From the NCBI GenBank assembly GCA_010093605.1, contig MU004194.1, forward strand, positions 844,323-908,322: DNA of 64,000 nucleotides, given 5' to 3'. The position numbers were made by a program, and so were the translations under genes. The notes below the pieces were generated by a model. The model saw only the letters and a list, made by a program, of their open reading frames with translations. It was not told where the DNA came from and made no database searches. Every line of letters begins with the position of its first letter. Position 1 is the first letter of the stretch. This stretch comes from Lophium mytilinum. Its lineage: Eukaryota. Below are positions 35,841-48,300 of this stretch, one piece after another.

Positions 35841-37711
35841 ATGGCCCGCTCCGAGGGCAGCAGCGGCGGAGCGAGTCGATTACCAAAACCAGAAGCTACA
35901 ACAATCACGTTCACTCCAGCGAAGCGACAGAGTCCTCGACGCAAAAAGACCTTAATCGCAATTACCGCATGCCTTAATGTTTTACTTTGGGCATCAATCT
36001 CTGCTCTCATATGTACTGCCTACTTGATCGCTGCCGATCCAGGCGACGTCACCGATCTCCCGTCGGAAATTTTGATCATTACATCAGTAAGTTTTCAGAG
36101 AAACATCTTGATCATCGCTAATATAGCCTACAGTCTCTCGCATCAATAGCCTATATAATACTCCATTCGGCTGTCGCCTGGAGACAGACATCATGGCCTG
36201 AAGTAAGACTACAAAGGTCTCCACTGAGCAAGACCTCATACTTCGCTATAAGATTATCCGTGACCCTAGCCGTACTTTGGCTGTGTACTTCGGGTTGGAA
36301 TATGATCATTGCTGCCAGGCAACCAATATGTCTTGCTAAAAGCTCATACCTTGCCGGATGGGAGGCCGGATCTACCTGCGTCGTGGGTCGCATAGCCATT
36401 GCGATGTCACTTTTCGCGTTGTAAGCTCAGCCGCTCCTCTTGAAAAACGATCACCCAGTAACGCCCACAAGAATTGCTTCATGCGTACTCTTTGCCATAC
36501 TCGCTATTGTGCGGCGACCATTCGAGGCAACTCTCTTCAAGCATACGTACGCCAGACCCACCGTATATCCAGCCACCCCTAAGCCATCGAGTCGCCCATC
36601 ACGAAGCGTATCCTTTTCTTCTAAGTCCTCGCACTCACAATCCTCTGTTCATACTATGTCACTGTCGCACCGTTCAAACGCCGATGTAGACACCTTGGAC
36701 CTTGAAGCTGCCTCTCCACTGTCTTCTGAGTCGCAGTCCCCAGTCCGTTCTATCGGCTCCATCGGTCTAGGCATCTTCACATCCCAAAGCCAACCACCCC
36801 CTCCTTTACCACCCTTGCTGATCCCAAAGCGACCAACCTCCCTCACACCTTCTCGAGCGACGTCTCTGATCGGAGTCCCACCACCAATGTACCACCCCTC
36901 CACCAGCTACCAACACCTCCCCGTATCTCGCCCTTCATCCATTGCCAGCTTCCATCTCGCCCGAAACTCCTCCGCTCCCCACCTCACAGACCCAAATTCC
37001 ATCCTCCTCCCAATCCCCCCAACCATCGCCGACTCCGCCTGGCGTGCCATCCATCCACCCATGCACACCGCATCCCGTTCGTTCTCTCACCTCCCCCTCC
37101 CAATCTCCCACCCGCCCAACTTCTGCTACGCAAATCGCTACTCCCGCTCCGTCGTCTCCCTCTCGCGCCCGCAGCGCCTCAGCTCCGCCCCCGTCCCTGG
37201 CGTTGCGCGCTCGAACCGCAGTTCCCGAAGCGGCCAGAGTGGTAGCATTAGCGGCAGCGGGACTGGCAGCGACGACTCCGCCTACTTAAGCGTAAGGGAG
37301 AGCAGGCGGTCCAGCGCGCCGGACGTCGATCCTTTCCGGCCGACGCTGAATCCGACGCCGATTTTGCTGCCGCCCTCGGTGGGGAGAAGGAGTAAGGCGT
37401 GGCGGCCGCGCTTGGAGGGGCAGGAAGAGGGGTTTGAGGGGCTGCCTGTCAAGATATCGGTTACGGTCATGCAGGATACTGGGAAAGAGGAGAATGAGGT
37501 GGGAGAAACAAGCGTGCTAGGGTTCGAGGAGGAGATGAACTTGAGGCTAGGGCTTGAGTTGGTTGTGAGGAAGACGAGGAGTATGAGTCCGCTGCGGAGC
37601 TCGGATAGACTGGGGAAATTGGACCGGGCGGCGACGGTGAGGGTAGGGAAAGGTGGTGAGAGAGCGGGAGGTGGGATGTTGGACGAGAAGGGAAAGGTGG
37701 GGACGATGTAA
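35841..37711 (+). CDS. Four-TM (MARVEL-like) membrane protein with long Ser/Pro-rich cytoplasmic tail; exons 35841-36086, 36134-36420, 36472-37711
   Basis: Introns 36087-36133 and 36421-36471 join four hydrophobic helices to the 423-aa low-complexity ORF. Confidence 0.75.
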
Positions 37712-38064
37712 TAGAGTCTGAAGCCTATCAGGCTTTTTGGAAAGACTACACCTACATAATAGATCTCTAGAAGAATTAAAACATCACCATGTTAATTCAT
37801 GTGCTACGGAACCTGACATCCCATCCTACCTACCTCTCCCACCCCCAGGAGATCATTAAACTGCATCTGACTACTCAAAACGGTTAAACGAGCCCTCCAA
37901 CCTCCATATAGCATGGAAACAGGTTTTCCATAGGTATAGGAACGCCACCAATCCAATTCACGCGCTATGGAACGTGACATCTTCATCTCATCAACTCTCC
38001 CACGCCGAGGAGTTCTCGAAACCCATATCAACGCTGCCAAAATGCATACATAAGCAGTCTCATC

Positions 38065-40856
38065 TTACTTAGAGGCACCATTAACAGGCCGGATCCTGCT
38101 TCCCCGCAGAACTAGGCTCTCCTCATCGCCTTCCCGGAATACTGATTGAACCGCCTCAGCCGTCTCTTTAATAAGCCTGCTCGCATCGAGACGCAGAGCC
38201 CCCTGTTCGGCAACCGAAAGCTTGGCGCGCAAGTTTTTCTCGAAGACAAGCATGTTGTCTATAAGACGGCTCATGGTAAACTTGCATTCCTCACAATAGA
38301 ACTGCTCGTCTTCGTTGACCTGACCATACTTCTGTAGACACTGGACGTGGAAGCGGCCGAAGCGGCAGTACTTGAACGCGCATTCAAGCACGGAGCCCAC
38401 TTTCTCAGAGAGGCCGCAGTAACAGATGTCGCCCTCTGTCGGGCCATTCAGCGGGAGGTCCTCGTAGCGTACCTGTCGGCTCTCTCCCATCTTGGCGGCA
38501 CGGTCCGAGAGACGATTGAACTCGATCCACTGGCGCGTACGCGGTCCGTCCGCGCTGTAACTGTCTTGCTCAAATTGGAGATGGTCTGGCATGGCTACGT
38601 GGTCGTATTGTCCATCTTGGAGCCAGCTGGCCATATTAAATTCAACCATCATCGCGCAGCCGGCGGTTGGGGGGTGTTTGTCGAGGCGATGTAGAAGGGC
38701 GTTAGCTCGGAGACGACTAAAAGGACCAGTGTTGAAGGTGGAGGCGGTATTAGATCCGGGTATCATGATGTACACTAGATCCTTAAGAGGATCTTGAGGC
38801 CCGTGGCCCTGAGCATGACCATGACAGGTGCAGGTACCACACCCGGAGGCTATCGCTTGTGGAGCAGGAGAAGGCTCGGATAGGGCATCGGAAGCGAAAT
38901 GCTTGGTGTAATTTAGCCAATCCAGGTGACGGGAGGGAGAAGCAAAGCGAGGACGAACGGTATGTCTACGTGGGACAACTTCGGTATGAGCAGACTTCGG
39001 AGGGACGGCCTCGTGTACAGCAGCTTTGGGTTCAGGGACCTTCGCTGTGACCGTCTCGGATCTGTCATTCGGCACGAGGTCACCTACCTCCTCAGCCCAT
39101 GCAGCAGTAGCCGACAACACGGAGAACGCTGGAAGCGGAAGTTGCCCAGGGAATGTAGCTAGACGGACGTCATTTTCTTTTCCTTCGTCTATCGAGGCCG
39201 AAGGCCCCGAGGATAAGTCGATAACCTCCGAATCAATCGCTTTGAACTTCGGAGAGCACTGATCGGTTACTGGAAGAGTCTCTGGAGAGTTCGGGCAATC
39301 TGAGAATGTCGATGAGTCGCCCGTCATTAGGTCATCTTCTCCGTTCCCGTGGTCAAACCAACTTGGAGTGTAATCTTCGTCAGCCCATTCAAAAGCTGGA
39401 GGAGGAGGGGGCGGTGATCCAGGTGGAGGGGGAGGCCCGTCAAATGAGTCAGGTGGAGGAGGCGGAGGGGATGATCCAGGTGGAGGAGGTGGAGGGTGGG
39501 CTTCGACATATTCTGTTTCGATGGGTTCAGCCTCGACATCAACTTCGATGTCATCCTCAACTCTATCAGCCGGTGGAAGCTCCTCCACATCGTCGAAGTC
39601 GTCCTCGTCGTCCTCGCTCTGAATCTTTTCTCCGGTCTTCCAGCTAATGGTCTACTTTCTATGAGCGTTGATTTATAAAACGGAGACTACTGAGTGCACA
39701 TACCTCATGCCGCTTCTGTAGCGCGTCGTAACTCGAACGGTTGACATACCTCAAGTAGCCTCCTCGTCTCATTCTGAGTTCCAGATCTGCCTTCTTTACC
39801 TGAACAATATCCTCGATAACGAGGATTCTGAGATCCTCAACTAGGTTTTCGAAATTCTTCATGTCCTTCCCTGTCAATCCTCGATTCCGACTGTTTAGCT
39901 TAATGAGCTCTGTGATACGAAGTACGCAGTAGATCCTCGTTATCTCGGACTCAAAGTCTACATCTGCGTCTGCAAAGTTGACCAGGTTCTTAACTAGTGA
40001 CCTCGGTATTCCAGTATTGTAGCAATTGGCGTTGTAGCGGAGGTTCCTCTCGATCTCCTCGATCTCCTCGTCATTTGACGGACCTTCGTCGACGTCATCG
40101 CCGTGTTTGTTTGGATGCAGAACATCTCCAATATAATCGATCTCGGCGCTGGTGAGCACCTTCCGGCGATTTGCAGCACGCTCAGCCTTCTTCGCGAACT
40201 TCCTATCTTGCTTCTTGACTTTGGTCACTACGGTGCCAAGCGGCAGACTCTCGCTTTGATTCTGCTTTTTGGTGCGGTCATGGCCTGGGGGGGGGCGAGC
40301 AGGGATTGGCGTTTTTCGAGACGGTATCAAAGAAATATACCATCCACAAGACTCATAGATAGAGCGAGTATTCTCAGCTATCTCCCTATGACGGTTCAAA
40401 TGCGTCTCGTCCTGGCTTATGCAGGCAGCGCATTGGTGGGACCGGCCTGATGACAGTGTCAGCGTAGCGGAAACATCAACGGGGGCAGCATCTAGAAACA
40501 TACCAGCCATGAACATGAACTGGTGGAATCGCAGACACGGCTCAGCGTGCTCACCGAAACACACCGTTCTCGCTCGGGGATGCGACAAAGGCCGTTTACA
40601 AACTCCACAATGGTGCTCTAGGATATCTCGTTAATCAAAGAATGGAGTAGGAGTGTTTGTGTAAGAATGGCGGATATCCTCGCGTCAGCCACCAAGACGC
40701 GAGGTTTCGCGGTGGTGGCGCGACGTCACTGGAAGACGCGAGTTGTTTGCTGCTGGGGACCACCACGGGACAAACAAGAACGTAAACAGGGGTCTATGTG
40801 TACGTACCTAGGCCGGGCCCTTCTTCCCACTTGAACAAGATGTCTTTCGATGGCAT
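38065..40856 (-). CDS. Protein with N-terminal Cys/His Zn-binding motif, proline tract and C-terminal PHD finger; exons 40856-40808, 40617-40504, 40446-39704, 39651-38065
   Basis: Introns 40807-40618, 40503-40447 and 39703-39652 are GT-AG and in frame; PHD pattern CYC-x12-C-x4-C-x5-H-x2-C...CEEC. Exon 1 is less certain than the rest. Confidence 0.75.
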
Positions 40857-41742
40857 TGTCAAAATGACAGTCGAGTAGTGGCCTGGCTAAAGTTAGATGT
40901 CAGTGACGGAGGACGAAGTTGAAGGCCACGGCGGCGGCAACGGCGAAGTTGATGGTGATGGTTGTGGGTGTGGATGTCGGCGTTTGCAAGTGGAGGTCTT
41001 GCGCGCCTCGGCAAATCAAATCTCCGCTCGGAGTCGCACACGGATGCCTACAGAAATATTCGAGGAGCGTGGTTGCGGTGTGGGGTGTTTGGTCTTCGTG
41101 GTTCGAGGCGGTACAGACACGCGGGTTCGGCGGAGGGTTTTGTTCTAGAGGTTGCTCCGGGCCTTAAATGCATCAATATATTAACCGCTGATGAAATCAT
41201 TCTCCATCTAAAGTGAATGTGTTGTTGCCTGAATTGTTGAATGTTCCAAGATGATTCTTCGGTGTAAGCGTAACGAATATGTATTAGACCGGAATGTCCA
41301 AGAGTGGTAGCGAGTGGGTTCCCAACCAAGGGTAGGGTGTCTAATTCTGTGCCACAGCATTAGAACAAGAAGAGAGACTGTAATGCATATGTGTTGATGT
41401 GCGAAAGTTAGCTAGGGCCGTACAAAGGTAAGATGGAGAAAATACGCGGAAGCTGCTAAATAATTGACTGCACATGAAGGGGCCGTCGGTCTTGGAGTTG
41501 ATTTTTCATTACACCTGATTTGAGAGCATCACGTCGGACTTAAACGATAGTACACGTTTCCTCTTCATTACCCCTTTACCTTACTTTCCACCTTGCCAAA
41601 CGAGAGATTGCACATTAACAGTACCAGATCACGTGAGAGATCGACAAAACGGGCAGAACTTAGGGCCTTTTACATAGACACTACCTTTCCGTGCATGTTC
41701 ATCAACACTTGTTGCAGAAGTGCTCGCATGAGGCCAACTACG

Positions 41743-44700
41743 CTAGATGTCGCGCACGACGCGAGCACCGGCCCAAGGATAGGGATAGTTGCGCTGGTAC
41801 CAGTTTACGAATGTCTTGCGTCCCGCAATTCGCTGTTCAAGAGTTAGAGCGCGTCATCGTGAGATCCTTTTGACTTACAGGATGAGTTGCCCAAGATCCG
41901 CCGAGGGCAATATTGTGCTTGGTATCGAAGAATTCGGCTGCGTTACGTCAGAGAACTGCTAAATTTGGCACAAGAGGTCCAACGTACCGGTGTACCCTGG
42001 ATACGAGCTCATTGGCTCAAAACCATCATACTTCTCCAGAACAGTGCTAGTCCACTCCCATACTCCGCCAAAATCACCTTGACCGGCAAGAGTGTTGCCG
42101 TTTTGGACTACGGGAGTTGGGTGCCAATGCTTGAAACCCACGTTTTTCCCTTCGAGATCGATGAAGAGATCATGCGGTGAGGCGGGGCTGGCGGCAGCTG
42201 TGCTGGAGGAGCCATTGGCCAAACCACGTGATGGTGGCGATTCCTCAACACCGTCGTTGGACATTTGACTACTTCAAGTCAGATACTTCATTATAGTTGG
42301 AGGGAGGAACATACCCATTGACTGCTGGGATCATTTCTCTATGAGCGTTTTGGACCTCCTTCGCCTTCGTACGCTCAACGTAAGCGTAGATACTGCGAGT
42401 TTCCTCCGCAGTCGGAATACGACCTCCCATCCATTGAGCGCATCCAGCAAGCTCGTCATACGAAGCAATGACAGGCCAGTCCAGAGCATACTGCAGCTCA
42501 ATCGCTCCGTACACAGTTCGCACATATTTACCTTTGACGGCATTGGTGCTCCCGTTGACACCATTCGTGTAGCCGTTGGCGCCATTAGTACCGTTTTCGA
42601 CACCATTCGAAGTCGGGGGCTTTTGGCTCCCATATTGATTGTCGGTCCACGAAGCTGGAACGACAGTTATGCCAGTATTCTGCAGATACTCGACATATTC
42701 CCGGTTCGTAATGGGCCTAGCCTGGGCAGAGAATGAATGAACACGAACAGAGCGAGTCGGTTTCTCGTTGTCCCAGCCAAAGTAGCGATCCGCGCGATAC
42801 TCTCCTTCTGGGTCATCGAGCCCAAGGGAGACATCAGCTTCCGGAATTGTGAACCATTTGTTTGGAACCTTGCCTGCCAGAGCCTGGTTTGCCAAAGCCA
42901 CAAAGTCTGGTCTCGTGGTGTTTGGTGGAGGAGTGGTGTTTTCACTCTGTAGTAGCATGTACAGAAGAGTCTCGACGTGCATGGCTTCATGCTCGAATGT
43001 AAACCAGAGACTGCGAGCGACCCGACCGTCGTGACGAGCTGCTTCAGATTTGGTGATACTGCGGACGCGCGCGCGAACAGATTCTTGAAACTTGAGCACG
43101 TCGTCCAGGTCTGGCCATGTGTCCGGAACTTTGCTATGCGGATGACATTTGGTTGTATCGTCCACATCAGGGTCGATGCCACGCTCGAAGATGTCGCGGT
43201 AGTATATCGGCTCGGTAGGTGGGCCATCCGTTGCGAGGGAGAGATGAACGTCCTGGAAAGTAGGAATATGCCCAAGATAGAAGATGCAGGGATGACGGAG
43301 TTGGATCGGTTTGGAAAGAAGCTGTTCTTCCGGGATCATGCCCCGGCTAATGGCATCCCAGGCTTTCCAAAGATGGTCCCATTCTGCTTGACTGGGAACT
43401 GGCCCAGCCGCGTAGTTTTTCGGATTTGTCGGAAACATTGTTCGTGGTTTGGAAACCAGGTGGAGCGCTGTGAATTTAAGTTAGCCCGCCCTCCAGTAAA
43501 AGTCGCTGTGCCGCAAGTGGCGGAGTGGGGGAGCAAAGTAAGCTTGCAAGAGCAGGGGTGGACGTTGTGAGCCTTAGAAATCTGCTGTGCCGCGGGTTGG
43601 TGGATTGCGTCGAGACGACGAGCCAAGAAAGATCATGGGGTAGTGACGCCTCAATCGGACCAAAACAAGGCTCAAAGTGACCCTGGACAGTGCATGCATG
43701 TGGAATCAGGTGATGAAATGCGTACCATAATCTCCTCTTTTGGTGGACCATTTGCCTTCTCGAGTGAGCCCTGTGACCCGGAACAAGCTAGACGTCTCAT
43801 CCGCGGAGTATTTGTGACTTTCCTCGATACGGATTCTTTCCCCCTTGCGAATCGAGATTCCATCGACGCTGACGTCTCGTACTGGCGATAAAAAAGCTTG
43901 GTGGCAGTCGTCAGTACTGTTGAATTCTCCGATAACTTTCCAGTCTTCAAGGTTGAAGATGTTGCCCTGTCCGAGAATCCGGCTAGCGTGCACGAGGCCA
44001 TTCAAGATAAAGTGATGAGTCACTTCCTGCTTATCGTTATACGCATCATACACCCTGCTGGAATCTTTGCAGGCATCTATGCCAATCAGCATGAGGTCAC
44101 CCTCTTCTAGAGCGTTCTGATATCCTTTCAGAAAGGCCTGCGCCTCGTCTCGTCTGAAGTTTCCAATGCTGGACCCGAGCCACAATATCGTCTTCGCCTT
44201 GCCTCTGGCGTGCGGAGATTTCAGCCACTCCAAGCCATCATCGTAGGTTCCGTGAAGGCCGAAGCACTTGACATGCTTGTAGCCAGTCGCTGGAATTGCA
44301 GAAAAGGTCCTTTTCAGCTCATCAAGATCAAGATCTAGCGCGTAGTACTCCACAGACTTTTCGACGCGCTCGATTGCTTGCAACAGGATGTTCACCTTCC
44401 GAAGGTTGCTGCACATGCATTAGTACAGATGGCCAACAACGCCGCAGTCTCTTCATTGGTTGCGGAGCAGGTCACTCATACCCGCTGCCGAGCTCCACGA
44501 CGATGGATCCAGGCTTAATGCAATCGGCAATTTGACTCGCATATGTTTCTAACACCTCAATTTCGGAATTCGTCAGGTAGTATTCGTCGAGGTAGGTGAT
44601 CTTTTCGAAGAGACGCAGGCCTGCCTCATCATACAGCAAAAGGGTTGGTAGAGTCTTTTGAGAGCCGGATTTAGGGCGAAGGCCTTGCTTGATATCTTGC

Positions 44701-44849
44701 AGGATATCAAGCTTCTCGGTATCGCGTCGAATGTCGAGAATCTCGATTTCTTGGGGGAGATCTGGGTGGGCGGGAGATCTAAGCTTATTGCGGATAGATA
44801 CGTCAAGATCAGACACGGCACCCCCTGGTAGAGCTGTATCAATAGCCAT
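41743..44849 (-). CDS. egt1: Ergothioneine biosynthesis protein Egt1 (histidine N-methyltransferase + DinB/FGE-sulfatase sulfoxide synthase); exons 44849-44482, 44408-43726, 43467-42315, 42268-41988, 41937-41879, 41832-41743
   Basis: KTLPTLLLYDEAGLRLFEKIT...EYYLT, VELGSG-NLRK, WLGSSIGNF, FYLGHIPTF, FERGIDPDVDD, EHEAMHVETLLYM, FGWDNEKP, GVWEWT, GGSWATHPRIAGRKTFVNWYQRNYPY. Confidence 0.96.
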
Positions 44850-46299
44850 GGCTGCAAACAATTGCGTGCTTTTTGAGGCGGATCTCTCGGCTCCTCGTCT
44901 CTTCTTATAAGAAGGCAGTCCGCACTGGGAAGTGCTATACGTCGGGCACTGTTCGGAAGTAGAAAGTAAGATTTGACCCAGCACGACGTCAAGAGTACAT
45001 CAGAGAGCTATAACTAAGCAAATCAGCCCAGCAGGACCCGAGCACAGGCGGTAATCCGGTCGTACCTTTGAACTGATGCTTGCAAAAAGCCAGTCTCCTC
45101 CACCAGCCCCACACCCGGACCATCTAGACGGACGCGGATAGTAGCATCTAGCAGGCATCGGGTGCGGCGGCTCGCTATGAGCTGCATGGCAAGAACTGTT
45201 GGTGACGTTGATGACTGAAAGGCGTCGACTAACTGCGTTACTGCGCAGGCGGCGTCGGAGGGGGGACTCAACAAAGAAACCTGTGAACGGCGAGCTCCAC
45301 ACCACGGTTGTGCACCCAATGCAAGGGCAGACAGGGCCGCTAGCTAGCTCACACGGCTAGAGCGTTCGAACCGGCGAAGACGTAGGCAGAGGGGGTACTT
45401 CGTACGGCTTCGACGGCTGCTAGAGTGCTAGAGGCGACGCGGACTCCCTCAGTGCATATAATGCGGGGTGAGGATGGCGTAAAGGCGCCAGCAACATGGC
45501 ACGGCGCATCACGACGGCGCCGGACTAGATGTGGACAAGTTCGAGCGATCAGACGGCGCACGGCGAGGAGAAGGGACATGTCGTCGGGGAGCAGCCGCGC
45601 GTGGCGGCGACCATGAGGACTCGCATCTCGTGGCTGTGAGGTTGTGGCACGTCTGCCCAGGGAGCTCCCGTAGACCCACCTGACGAGCTGCAGTATGGAA
45701 GCGACGGAGAAAGCTCCTGGGTGCATGAATTCTGCCCGTTTCGGAGAGGGGCGTTGCTTTTGGGAATCAAGTGCGCGAAGGAGGTCGCGTTCCGAGCTTC
45801 ACACCACGTTGTTTACGGTATTTATTGAAACGGGTTAGCTGCAGAGTCAGCGCGGGCCTCACACCAACATCTGTAGCAACTCAACACCAAGCCAAGCCAT
45901 CGCGAGATTACTCAACGCCGTCATAGTCGCGCTGCGCCGCCAGCGACGGGGATAGCAGGCAGCACAAATCGCCCTGTCGCCACCGTGGATGCATACGCCC
46001 GCGGTTCGCAAACCTGTGCCTCTTCAGGCAAGATGATTGGGAAACCCAGTCAGCCGCATCGCCGACCCCTCCATCGCGCTGCTGCGAAGTTCCGCGTATC
46101 TAGGACCCATTTCTGCATTCAGCAATTCTCATCTGGAATCTCCCGCCTTCATCCGCCTTGATTCGTCAGCAATCAACGGGGCGGCTGCTTCATCGACTAT
46201 AAGCATTCTCAGCAATCATGAAGCGCGGTGGAGCTCGCAGTTCCGCATGGTTGCTGGGCGTCTATGCATGTGCGGCCGGCTACTTCAATGCTCTGCCTA

Positions 46300-47100
46300 C
46301 GTTCTAGTATCGAGCCTAATGCGTTTCAGCCATTGTAGTTACATATGTACTCGAGGAGGGTAGGTATCCTCCGAGAAATGGTGGCCGGTGAGATCTTGAC
46401 TGCTGAAGTCTCCGAAAGAGGCCGGGGCTTCGTCTTCATCGTTTACTTCCTCATTCCCGGAAGAGCCGTTGACCCCTTCTCTTTCGTCCCCTCATGACAC
46501 GAAGTAGGGCCATTCAAACCTACGCAGCGTACCTCGTCGTAGCGGAATTCCACTGGCTGCAGTTTGTCACATGAAACCTTACCCTTTCTTATGTCGGCAT
46601 GCCACCACGCAAAGTATCGCGGCAATTCGATTTGAATGGCATTATTCGGTGCGGCAGTGAAGAGATGCGCTACGAGGTCCACAGCAGTTGACTTCTTTGA
46701 TATTGATGTCCATTTTCTTCTCAAGCTGCTTCCTTCCATTGAGGTTCTAGAAGAATGGGTGACCACCACCGTACACAACGTCTGCCCGATTCACCGCCTA
46801 GACAAAGAAAGTTGGCTAGAAAGAAATCCTAGCCGAAGCTTTGATCCGGTTTGTCGGTATCCGGTACTTGGCCCGACAACCACTACGGTCGCCGTCAAGC
46901 AAGAGTTCTTGGTTCTGCTCAATTCCTCGCTGAAAGGAGCCTTGCTCATTCTCGTACCCCAACCCTGTAGCAGGTGGAAAGCCCTTGAACGTAGCTTGAT
47001 CCTTTGGTTCGTACTGAGCCATTCACTGTTCTCTATTGTCTTGCGACCTATGGTCTTTGTGTTGGATACGCGTGAGTATTCTGTACTATTCGTACACCGT
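46300..47100 (-). pseudogene. Possible stop-interrupted gene remnant
   Basis: One minus frame reads protein-like but has in-frame TAG stops at 46816, 46798 and 46747, plus further stops. Confidence 0.3.
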
Positions 47101-47403
47101 AGTCCCTTATCCAGGTTCACCACGTGGATACGCTCAAAGAAATGAGGAGGTGGCGTCTCCATTTCCGTCAGTGCGTCAGCCTCTCGTGGTCATGCTAACA
47201 ACACAATATGAGCGGCTCCATGCTCTTAATCTGTGAGAAGTATGCCAAGGTGTCCTTTGATTAATCCCCGCTCTTTGGGAATATAGACCAGGCATGTATT
47301 TACTGGATGTATGCACTTTCTGTTCTATATCATCTGTCTCTAGTTGCCGGCGCTAGGTGACGTTCATCTTCAAGAAACACAATTCGACTTCACGAACTGT
47401 AGC

Positions 47404-48300
47404 ATGTCAGGGATCAATATGCAACTGGCGTGGGCGCCTGACACGGCAAGACTCCAGACTCAGAAGTCCTATCTCGAAGAGCTCTTGTCAACGACGGCCA
47501 CAACGCTTCACACTCTCCGAGAGAAGCAGACACGCACCGATCGGATCCTGGCCACTGGACCTTCTCCGCGGACTAAGAAAAAGAGGATTATGCAGACACG
47601 GTGGAGGACGGGCAAGACAATCAAGACATGTGAGAATGAAGAAAGGGTGATATTGGATTGCCTCAAGGTTTGCAACAACAATCTTCAAGCTTTGCAAAAC
47701 CTTGAAGCATGCAATTATCCTGCCTTTGCAGAGCCGAGTTTTACGCCTCTCTCCTGGTACTCGAACGCGACTCCGGACACACGAGGGGCTGATTTCTGGA
47801 ATGGGTTCGGAGACGAATGCTCTCCCTTCCAGAAACAGTCTCAATACTTGACAGCTCAGGATGTTGAAGTTGCACCACATCTCACTTACGAAGAAGCGGT
47901 GCTCGAAACCCTCCAACTCTCCGCCCGCCCGCTGGTAGACATTCCGGTGCGAAGAGCCCGACGACTAGCTTGTAGAGAACCCCAAACTTCTCTCTTGAGT
48001 CCCTTGGCGGCGACGTTCGAGCCGGATGAGAAAAAGCATGGCATTGCTCCTGTCAAAGACAAGCTCACGCTGGCCGGGCTGCTCTCGTCCAACCGTGTCC
48101 GGCAGCTGCGGTCACTGCCAAAACGACGATTCTCTGACGCTGCTGTGGGCCACCTTTTCAGATGCCTGTCTCGCCCCAGGTTCGTCAAGGAGGTCAAGTA
48201 TGCCAGCTGGAGCCCTGGGTCGAGTCCGGAGAGCACAGACGAAGAGGACACGATTATGGCGATCAGACGCTCGACGCGGCTTCGCTCGACGGCATTTTGA
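47404..48300 (+). CDS. Hypothetical protein with N-terminal coiled coil (start uncertain)
   Basis: About 300-codon ORF with an amphipathic, coiled-coil-like N-half (LQTQKSYLEELLS...CENEERVILDCLKVC); a splice-acceptor-like CTAG lies just upstream at 47340-47343. Confidence 0.6.
   Translation: MSGINMQLAWAPDTARLQTQKSYLEELLSTTATTLHTLREKQTRTDRILATGPSPRTKKKRIMQTRWRTGKTIKTCENEERVILDCLKVCNNNLQALQNLEACNYPAFAEPSFTPLSWYSNATPDTRGADFWNGFGDECSPFQKQSQYLTAQDVEVAPHLTYEEAVLETLQLSARPLVDIPVRRARRLACREPQTSLLSPLAATFEPDEKKHGIAPVKDKLTLAGLLSSNRVRQLRSLPKRRFSDAAVGHLFRCLSRPRFVKEVKYASWSPGSSPESTDEEDTIMAIRRSTRLRSTAF

Noticed and set aside
39395..39500. GGA/GGT-rich repeat
   Set aside because: Encodes the poly-proline tract of the PHD gene; not a CRISPR array or independent repeat element.
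46636..47145. 169-aa plus-strand ORF
   Set aside because: L/V/F/H-rich composition typical of an antisense frame; no motif support.
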